Below are positions 57,297 through 64,000 of a stretch of 64,000 nt of DNA, piece after piece. The translations under genes were made by a program, and so were the position numbers. The first letter of the stretch is position 1, and each line of letters starts with the position of its first letter. The DNA is from Vicinamibacteria bacterium (GTDB taxonomy: Bacteria > Acidobacteriota > Vicinamibacteria > Marinacidobacterales > Marinacidobacteraceae), in assembly GCA_964291235.2 (NCBI GenBank), contig OZ219816.1, positions 1 to 64,000 on the forward strand, given 5' to 3'. The notes beneath the pieces were generated by a model that worked only from the letters and a program-made list of their open reading frames with translations, ran no database searches and was not told where the DNA came from.

Positions 57297-58584
57297 TCGT
57301 CCGGTGGTTCTCCGGGGGGCACGGATCGTGGACCCCGCGGCGGAACTCGATGCGGTGCAGGATCTGCGGATTGCCGCGGGGCAGATCGTCGCGGCCGGGA
57401 CGGATGTCGGACAACCGGGCGACCGGATCGTGGAAGCCGGGGGGCTCGTAGCGGCGCCCGGGTTCTGCGACATGCACGTCCATTTCCGGGAGCCGGGCCT
57501 CGAATACAAGGAGACGGTGGCGAGTGGCGCCGCCGCCGCAGTCGCCGGCGGGTTCACCGCGGTTGCCTGCATGGCAAACACCGATCCGGTCAACGACAGC
57601 CCCTCGGTGACCGCCCACATCCGCCAACTCGCCGAACAGGCAGGCCTCGCGCGCGTGCACCCGATTGCCGCCACCACGCAGGGGATGGCCGGAGAACGGA
57701 TTTCGGAGTTCGGCGCCCTCAAGGAAGCGGGCGCGGTCGCGGTTTCGGACGACGGGCTCCCCGTGGGCGATCCCGCGGTGATGCGGAAGGCTCTCCAATA
57801 CTCGAGGCTGCACGACCTGCCGGTGATTGAACACTGCGAGACCCTGGAGTTGACCGGAGAGGGGGCCATGCGCGAGGGCGCCTATGCCGCCCGGATCGGA
57901 CTCCCGGGGATTCCCGCCGCCTCGGAGTTCATCGCCGTCGAGCGGAACCTCGCTCTCGCGGAGATCACCCAGTCGCGCCTCCATATCGCTCACCTCTCGA
58001 CGGCCCGTTCGGCAGCCGCGGTGCGGCGAGCCAAGGCTGCCGGAATCCGGGTCACCGCCGAGGTGACTCCGCACCACTTGATCCTGACCGAGGAGTCGGT
58101 GGGCGACTACGACACCGCCGCCAAGATGAAACCGCCACTCGCGGCCGAGACGGACCGGGAAGCGCTGCTGGCCGCCATCGCGGACGGCACCGCAGACGCC
58201 ATCGCCACCGACCACGCCCCTCACCATGCAGACGAGAAAAAACTCTGCTTCCAGAGCGCGCCCTTCGGGATCGTGGGCCTCGAAACCGCGGTTCCGCTGG
58301 TCCTCGACCGGCTGGTGGGCGCCGGGATCATCTCCCTCGGTCATGCCGTGCGGCTGCTCTCGACCGGACCGCGCCAAATCCTCGGCCTCCCGGGAGGGAG
58401 CCTGCGACCCGGAAGCCCGGCAGACATCACCCTCCTCGACCTGGACGCCACGAGTGCCGTGGACCCCGAATCCTTCCGGAGCCGGGGACGCAGCACGCCG
58501 TTCGCGGGGCTGTCCCTGCGGGGACAGGTCGCGGCGACCTGGGTCGGCGGCCGGGAGGTCTATTCGCGGAACGCCGGCCGGTAA
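57289..58584 (+). CDS. pyrC: Dihydroorotase (type I)
   Basis: DMHVHFREPG, EHCE, HIAHLST, EVTPHH and IATDHAPH. Confidence 0.95.
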   Translation: MADRPVVLRGARIVDPAAELDAVQDLRIAAGQIVAAGTDVGQPGDRIVEAGGLVAAPGFCDMHVHFREPGLEYKETVASGAAAAVAGGFTAVACMANTDPVNDSPSVTAHIRQLAEQAGLARVHPIAATTQGMAGERISEFGALKEAGAVAVSDDGLPVGDPAVMRKALQYSRLHDLPVIEHCETLELTGEGAMREGAYAARIGLPGIPAASEFIAVERNLALAEITQSRLHIAHLSTARSAAAVRRAKAAGIRVTAEVTPHHLILTEESVGDYDTAAKMKPPLAAETDREALLAAIADGTADAIATDHAPHHADEKKLCFQSAPFGIVGLETAVPLVLDRLVGAGIISLGHAVRLLSTGPRQILGLPGGSLRPGSPADITLLDLDATSAVDPESFRSRGRSTPFAGLSLRGQVAATWVGGREVYSRNAGR

Positions 58585-59459
58585 TGCCGCCGCGCGGCTG
58601 GCAGGACGCGGTGGAACGCGTGTACCGCCGGCACGGAGTGGGAAGCCTTGATTCCGACCCACTCCAGTTCCCGCACCGTTTCCGCCGCGCCGAGGACCAG
58701 GAGGTCGCCGGGTTCCTCGCCGCCTCGCTTTCCTACGGGAACGCCCGCGCCATCTGTTCGTCGCTCGAGCGGGTCTTCCAGTGGACGGGACCTCACCCCG
58801 CCCGTTTTGTGCGCACGTTCGATTCGGACACCGAAGCCGCCCGGCTGGGCGGGTTTCGGCACCGCTGGACGAGCGCCGGAGATCTCGTTCGGCTGGCGGT
58901 CATCCTGAGGGCCATCCTGCATGAACACGGATCGGTCGAGGGCCTGTTCCGGAAGGGGATCGTGACCGGAGCCCGGGACCGCCACGATCTCGCGGCAACC
59001 ATCGGGCGTTTCCGTGTCGCAGCCCTGGAATATGACCAGCACCTGCCCGGCACGCCGGACGAGGGCTCCCGGCCCGGGCCCCGCTACTTCTTCCCGGACC
59101 CGCGTACCTCGGCGGCCAAGCGGACCGTGATGTTCCTGCGCTGGATGGTCCGGTCGGGGGACGGCCTCGACCTGGGGCTTTGGGACTGTCTTCGCCCGCG
59201 CGACCTGGTCGCGCCGCTTGACACCCACACGTTCTGGATCGCCCGCCGCCTCCGGCTGACCCGGAGGAAAACCCCGGGTTGGCAAGCAGCGGTGGACCTG
59301 ACGGAGGGGCTCCGCCGACTCGACCCCGAGGACCCCGTGAAGTACGACTTCGCCCTCAGCCGGCTGGGCATCGTGGAGGGCTGCCCCCGGCACCGGCGAA
59401 GCGATCCCTGCGAGCTGTGCGAATGCCTGGAGAGAAAGAGGCGGCGGCGCCGCCCCTAG
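58584..59459 (+). CDS. TIGR02757/DUF2400 family protein
   Basis: DPLQFPHRF, DQEVAG, YGN, MFLRWMVR, DLGLW, PLDTH and DPVKYDFAL. Confidence 0.9.
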   Translation: MPPRGWQDAVERVYRRHGVGSLDSDPLQFPHRFRRAEDQEVAGFLAASLSYGNARAICSSLERVFQWTGPHPARFVRTFDSDTEAARLGGFRHRWTSAGDLVRLAVILRAILHEHGSVEGLFRKGIVTGARDRHDLAATIGRFRVAALEYDQHLPGTPDEGSRPGPRYFFPDPRTSAAKRTVMFLRWMVRSGDGLDLGLWDCLRPRDLVAPLDTHTFWIARRLRLTRRKTPGWQAAVDLTEGLRRLDPEDPVKYDFALSRLGIVEGCPRHRRSDPCELCECLERKRRRRRP

Positions 59460-59506
59460 GAGAAAGAGCCTTACGCTGTTCGCCCGCCTCGAGCGGTTCC
59501 CGGGTT

Positions 59507-61063
59507 CTACCGGATGGTCACCCGGGAGCGTTCGGCGAGGGTACCCTGGGCGCGCTCCACCGCGACGATCGCCTTGTTGTAGTCGATGATCGCTTGCAAC
59601 TCGTTGGCGCGCGCCTGCGCGAGGTCACGCTGCGCCTGCACGATGAAGTAGCTGGTGGTCATGCCGACCTCGAACTTCTTCTGCTCCGCATCGAGACTCG
59701 CCTCCTGCAACTCGCGGGCGACGCGACTGGCGTCAATCCGTCGCCGGTTCGTCTCGACCTGACGGACCGCCGTTCGAACTTCTTGCGCAATCTGAACCTC
59801 CTGAAGCCGGATGGTTTCCCGTTGCCGAGTGACCTCGGTCTGTGCCTGCGCGTGGTCCGCGTGGGCCTGATTCGGGCCGATGGGATAGGAGAACGAAAGG
59901 CCGACCTGCCAATCCCGGTAGTCGAATCCCCCCAATTGGGAAAGCGCGTCGCCATAGCCGCCGGGAATGGTCGCGACCGCAGGCCCGAAAAACCCCTCGC
60001 GCACCAGCTCGGTCCCACCGACTCCGGTGAGCTGAACAAGCCCAACTAGATCGACCTGAGGCAGCGTCTGGTTTCGGAAGAAACGCACGTCGTACTGATT
60101 GGTGTCCATCTGGACGCGCTCGGAGCGGAGTTCGGGCCGGCGCTGGAGCGCCACCCGGATGGCGTCTTCGACTTCAACGGCGTAGTCCTCGCTGGAAGGC
60201 GCGTCCACCGGCCGGATCTCCCCATCCCAGAATCCGACCCCGTCCGGATCGCGGATCAGCGCCTTGAGGGCGTCCTCGGTCTGGCGAATCTGCTCCTCCG
60301 CGACGATGAGGTCCTCTTCGCGGGCCGCCACCTCAGCCTCCGCCTGCAGCACGTCAATCGGAGCCATGGTGCCGACCTCGACCTGTACCTGGTTGTTGCG
60401 GAGCAGGTCGCCCGCCAGTTCGAGTGACTGCACCGCCACTTCGTGACTTCGCATGGCGAAGACCAAATCCCAATACGCGTTCTGGACATCCCGGAGCAAG
60501 TCCAGCACGCTGCGCTCAAATTCGTGTCCCGCCTGCCGTTCGCCGTTCTGCGAAACCAGAATCTGACGCCGCTGGGGGTCGGCGCGGAAGTTCTGGAGCA
60601 GGGGCTGGGTCACCTGCGCGTTCAGCGTGCTCCGGTAACGTGGATTAAAAGTGAAGAACGCGCTGTTCGTGGCCAGCCGGTTGTTGTTGAACTGAACCGA
60701 GTAGTTGGCCCCGAACGGCAACTGCTGCTCGAGGCGCAGGTTGTAGTTCAGGTTGTCGCGCTCGTTCTGTTCGGCTCCGTCAAGCTGGCTCTCCGCCGGG
60801 GAGAGACTCTCCGTAAGGTTTGTGTCCAGCACCATTTCCGGGGTGTACACCCGCCGGGCCGCCGAAAGCGCGAAGGTGGAAGACTGGCGTGCCAACCTCG
60901 AAATCTGGACGCTGAGGTTGTTCTCCAAGGCCTGCTGAATCGCTTCGTCGAGGCTCAGTTCGAGCGGCTGCCGCTGGCCGGCGCCGTCCTCCTCGGAAGG
61001 ACCGGCAAACGCCTCGCCGGCCAGACCGAGCGAAAGGACAAGAATTGCGGTGGTGGTGCGCAT
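59507..61063 (-). CDS. TolC family outer-membrane efflux protein
   Basis: LSLDEAIQQALENN, QPLL, AYWDL, EVGTMAPIDV, RPEL and EQKKFEVG. Confidence 0.92.
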   Translation of the reverse strand: MRTTTAILVLSLGLAGEAFAGPSEEDGAGQRQPLELSLDEAIQQALENNLSVQISRLARQSSTFALSAARRVYTPEMVLDTNLTESLSPAESQLDGAEQNERDNLNYNLRLEQQLPFGANYSVQFNNNRLATNSAFFTFNPRYRSTLNAQVTQPLLQNFRADPQRRQILVSQNGERQAGHEFERSVLDLLRDVQNAYWDLVFAMRSHEVAVQSLELAGDLLRNNQVQVEVGTMAPIDVLQAEAEVAAREEDLIVAEEQIRQTEDALKALIRDPDGVGFWDGEIRPVDAPSSEDYAVEVEDAIRVALQRRPELRSERVQMDTNQYDVRFFRNQTLPQVDLVGLVQLTGVGGTELVREGFFGPAVATIPGGYGDALSQLGGFDYRDWQVGLSFSYPIGPNQAHADHAQAQTEVTRQRETIRLQEVQIAQEVRTAVRQVETNRRRIDASRVARELQEASLDAEQKKFEVGMTTSYFIVQAQRDLAQARANELQAIIDYNKAIVAVERAQGTLAERSRVTIR

Positions 61064-61203
61064 AGGGTGTCTCCTGCGGAAAGAACGGGCGAGCGGCCCG
61101 GCGGAGGTCTCATCAACAAGACGCGCTCAGCCGGAATTTTCTACGGTCTCTCCATGAATACGAACGTGCCGGCCTCGGGGTTTCCCCGGTCCCTGGAGAA
61201 CCG

Positions 61204-62004
61204 GTGATGGAGTCGGAGATTCGGGTCCGGCTGGACCTGGCCTACGACGGAACCGATTTCGCCGGCTGGCAGATCCAACCGGAGCACGAGACCATCCAGG
61301 GCCGGATCGAAGCGGCGGTCCGGCAACTCTACCGGTTGACTCCGGCCGACCGGGCGCCGGTGATCGGTGCGGGAAGGACGGACGCGGGAGTCCACGCCGA
61401 GGGCCAGGTGGCCCATTTTGACGCCCCACTGGCGATTCCCGCCGCTGGCATCCGGGCAGGCCTGAATGCTCTGTTACCCGCTTCCGTCCGCGTTCTGGCC
61501 GCCCGGGAGGTCCCCGCCGATTTCCACGCGCGGTTCGACGCGACGGGCAAGACCTACCGCTACCACCTGCTGTTCGGGGAGGTGGTGTCTCCTCTTCAGT
61601 CCAGGTTCGCCTGGCCGGTGGGCGACGGCCTCTCCGGGGAGGCCATGGAGGACGCCGCCCGCGCCCTGCGGGGCCGCCATGATTTCCGGGCATTTTTCAC
61701 CGCTCCCCCGGGGGAAGAGCCCCGGAGCCCGATCCGCAACGTTTTCGCCGCGCAGCTCACCCCGGCAGCAAACGGGCTGGTCTTCGAGATAACGGCGGAT
61801 GGGTTCCTCCGCTACATGGTTCGCCGGATGGTCGGAACGCTGGTGGCGGTGGGTCGGGGACAGCTTCCCCTTGATCGGGTGAGGGCCATGCTCCGGGACC
61901 CGGAGGCCCCCGGACCCCGCTTCCGGGCTCCCGCCCGCGGACTGCGACTCCAGAGCGTCCACTATGGCGATCGCGGCGCCCAGGGCGCCTCCCCCGTGAG
62001 TTGA
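61204..62004 (+). CDS. truA: tRNA pseudouridine(38-40) synthase
   Basis: YDGTDFAGWQ, AGRTDAGVHA, FHARF, GFLRYMVR and APARGL. Confidence 0.96.
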   Translation: MMESEIRVRLDLAYDGTDFAGWQIQPEHETIQGRIEAAVRQLYRLTPADRAPVIGAGRTDAGVHAEGQVAHFDAPLAIPAAGIRAGLNALLPASVRVLAAREVPADFHARFDATGKTYRYHLLFGEVVSPLQSRFAWPVGDGLSGEAMEDAARALRGRHDFRAFFTAPPGEEPRSPIRNVFAAQLTPAANGLVFEITADGFLRYMVRRMVGTLVAVGRGQLPLDRVRAMLRDPEAPGPRFRAPARGLRLQSVHYGDRGAQGASPVS

Positions 62005-62138
62005 GCCCAGGGGAGAAACGGCCTGCGCCCCGGGACCGAAGGAAACGGCGGCCAGGCGGAAGCGTCACGCTCCGGCCGGCATCCACCGTCGCCCGAACGC
62101 CGCGTGGTTTGTTCGCGCACTGCTAAATTGGCCGGCTC

Positions 62139-62915
62139 GTGCCCGGGAGCTCAGCGACCTTCGACATCGCTCCCGAGGAGGAAACCGCCGAACTCCTGAC
62201 CCGGATCGACCGGACCCGGCTCCCGCTCCACGTGGCGGCCATCATGGACGGCAACGGGCGCTGGGCGGCCGCCCGCGGCCTCGCAAGGGTCGAGGGGCAC
62301 GCGGCGGGCGTGGAATCGGTCCGGGACACGGTGGAGGGCGCAGCCAGCCTCGGACTCGGGGCTCTCACCATGTTCGCCTTCTCGATCGAGAACTGGAGCC
62401 GGCCTCCCGAAGAGGTCGAGGTGCTGATGGAACTGGTCAAGCGCTACCTGCGCCTTGAAACCGAGAACCTGATCGCCAACGACATCCGGTTCCGGCCCAT
62501 CGGCCGGCTGCATGAACTGCCGGCCGACGTCCAGGCGATGATCGAGGAGACCCGCCAGGCGACCGAGAAGTGCCAGGGGCTCAGCCTCAACATCGCCCTG
62601 AACTACGGGGGCCGGGCGGAAATCGTGGATGCCGCCCGGCGGATCGCCGAGCAGGCGGCGCGGGAAGGCACGGCGCCCGATCTCGACGAACACACCTTCG
62701 GGAATTACCTCTATACCCGGGGACTGCCCGATCCGGACCTCCTGATCCGCACCAGCGGCGAAGTACGGGTCTCCAACTTCCTCCTCTTCCAGAGCGCCTA
62801 CACCGAATTCTGGACAACCCCCACCTTCTGGCCGGATTTCCGGCGGCGGCACCTTTTCGAGGCGATCCTCGCCTACCAGCGCCGCAGCCGGAGGTACGGC
62901 GGGATCTCCAAGTAG
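62139..62915 (+). CDS. uppS: Undecaprenyl diphosphate synthase
   Basis: IMDGNGRWA, FSIENW, NYGGR and IRTSGEVRVSNF. Confidence 0.96.
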   Translation: MPGSSATFDIAPEEETAELLTRIDRTRLPLHVAAIMDGNGRWAAARGLARVEGHAAGVESVRDTVEGAASLGLGALTMFAFSIENWSRPPEEVEVLMELVKRYLRLETENLIANDIRFRPIGRLHELPADVQAMIEETRQATEKCQGLSLNIALNYGGRAEIVDAARRIAEQAAREGTAPDLDEHTFGNYLYTRGLPDPDLLIRTSGEVRVSNFLLFQSAYTEFWTTPTFWPDFRRRHLFEAILAYQRRSRRYGGISK

Positions 62916-62927
62916 CGGTCGGCCGGC

Positions 62928-63752
62928 ATGCGGCGGGTGATCAGCGCGGCGGTGGTCGCCGCCGGAACGCTGGCTCTGTGCCTGTTGGTACCGGGATGGG
63001 TTCGCCAAATGGCCATCCTGTTGGCGGCCGTCTACGCCTGCCGGGAGGCGGCCCGGATGGCGGGGACAATCTGCGCGGCGGACGGCGGAGAGGGAGACGT
63101 CGAACCCGCGCGGATTCCGCTCCGGGGCCTGGTCGCAACCGTCGTCCTGATGCTTCTCGTGGCCGGGCTCGGGATTTCGAGCGGCCCCAGCGCGTTGCCG
63201 ATCGCGGCCCTGACCGTCCTCGGCATCTTCGCCCTAACGCTACCGGCAACGCCCCGGGCCCTCGGCTGGCTCGGGGCGATGGCGCTGGCGGCACTCTGGA
63301 TCGGTCTCCCAGCGGCGGCGCTCCTCGCCGTGAGTTCCGGAGCGAACGGAGGCCGGAGCCTGCTGTTCTTGCTCGCGACGGTGATGGTGGGCGAAGCCGG
63401 CGCCTTCTTCGGTGGCAAGCTGATCGGCGGTCCGCGACTCGCACCCTCGCTCAGTCCCGGCAAGACCTGGGCCGGCTTCGTCTCCCAGTTGGCGTTCGGC
63501 GCCGCCGTGGGAGCGGCGGCCGTCCCGCTCCTCCCCGGTCCACTGGGTCCGGGAGCGGGCGCCCTTCTCGGCGCCTGGCTCTCGGCGGCAGCGGCTCTCG
63601 GCGATCTCTTCGAGTCGTTTTGGAAACGGGCTTCCGGGCGCAAGGACAGCGGGCGGATCATCCCCGGGCACGGCGGCCTCCTCGACCGCATCGACGGCGT
63701 CCTCTTTGGGGCCTTGGCCCTCGCCGCAGCCGCCATCGTCCTACCCCTCTGA
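62928..63752 (+). CDS. cdsA: Phosphatidate cytidylyltransferase
   Basis: SPGKTW and GDLFESFWKR..KDSG.IIPGHGGLLDRID. Confidence 0.93.
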   Translation: MRRVISAAVVAAGTLALCLLVPGWVRQMAILLAAVYACREAARMAGTICAADGGEGDVEPARIPLRGLVATVVLMLLVAGLGISSGPSALPIAALTVLGIFALTLPATPRALGWLGAMALAALWIGLPAAALLAVSSGANGGRSLLFLLATVMVGEAGAFFGGKLIGGPRLAPSLSPGKTWAGFVSQLAFGAAVGAAAVPLLPGPLGPGAGALLGAWLSAAAALGDLFESFWKRASGRKDSGRIIPGHGGLLDRIDGVLFGALALAAAAIVLPL

Positions 63753-63765
63753 GGAAGGGGCGCCG

Positions 63766-63788
63766 CGGCCCCGGAAGACGCGGGGCCG
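63766..63788. terminator. GC hairpin between convergent cdsA and rseP (possible terminator)
   Basis: CGGCCCCG / CGGGGCCG 8-bp stem with a 7-nt loop. No U-tract. Confidence 0.35.
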
Positions 63789-63794
63789 GCCCGC

Positions 63795-63871
63795 TCAGCC
63801 CGACAGGTCAGCGCGACAGATCAGCCCAACAGATCAGCCCAACAGATCAGCCCAACAGTCAGCCCAACAGG
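63795..63871. repeat. Six ~13-bp tandem repeats (TCAGCCCAACAGA) derived from the rseP 3' end
   Basis: Units start at 63795, 63808, 63821, 63834, 63847 and 63859. The last unit encodes LLG-stop on the minus strand. Confidence 0.9.
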
Positions 63872-64000
63872 CCCGTCTTCGAAATGTCGAGGTAGATGAC
63901 GAGCACAAAGACGAGCAGCATGAACGCGGCGCCCGCGACCATCAGCGCCTTCCGCACGCCGAGGCTGAGGTCCCGCCGGGCGGCTGACTCGACGAGCAGC
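63859..64000 (-). CDS. rseP: C-terminus of RseP-like membrane zinc metalloprotease (partial)
   Basis: Minus strand LLVESAARRDLSLGVRKALMVAGAAFMLLVFVLVIYLDISKTGLLG*, which matches the RseP C-terminal pattern. Located next to uppS-cdsA. Confidence 0.7.
   Translation of the reverse strand, partial: LLVESAARRDLSLGVRKALMVAGAAFMLLVFVLVIYLDISKTGLLG

Noticed and set aside
63795-63871. Mini-CRISPR or iteron array
   Set aside because: Contiguous 13-bp units with no spacers; the unit equals the gene's terminal codons.

Overview
GC-rich (roughly 70% by eye) bacterial chromosome segment. It is most consistent with an Acidobacteriota-type genome, based on the ADOP permease, the DUF1592/DUF1552/ankyrin module and many secreted hydrolases. 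Most of the window is housekeeping: rnpB, larC/tatD/polyprenyl synthetase, radC, selB, rnr, two tRNA-Leu, tig-clpP...clpX-engB-rho-rpmE-prfA-prmC, lspA-lgt-rluD, pyrR-pyrB-pyrC, tolC, truA, uppS-cdsA and the 3' end of rseP. Genes in the first ~6 kb are all frameshifted, probably from assembly indels. The most interesting non-housekeeping signals are six. (1) A ~13 kb putative phosphate-starvation island (14.7-27.9 kb): PhoB/PhoR-like two-component system, porin-like barrel, TonB-dependent receptor, two lipoproteins, Ppx and ApaH, with 11-bp-periodic Pho-box-like arrays visible upstream of three of the unknown genes. (2) A DUF1592 (2x CxxCH) / Tat-DUF1552 / Cys-motif ankyrin / secreted-protein cassette that splits clpP from clpX. 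(3) A CTAG-flanked MITE whose end motif (CACAGGCTGCTA) recurs fused to the -10 boxes of both tRNA-Leu genes and rpmE. (4) A ~1 kb nested palindromic repeat array behind tRNA-Leu(CAG). (5) Many genes with TAnnnT only 6-13 nt before the start codon, suggesting leaderless or short-leader mRNAs. (6) Tandem duplications of stop-codon-containing gene ends at convergent junctions. No CRISPR array, integrase or transposase was seen.
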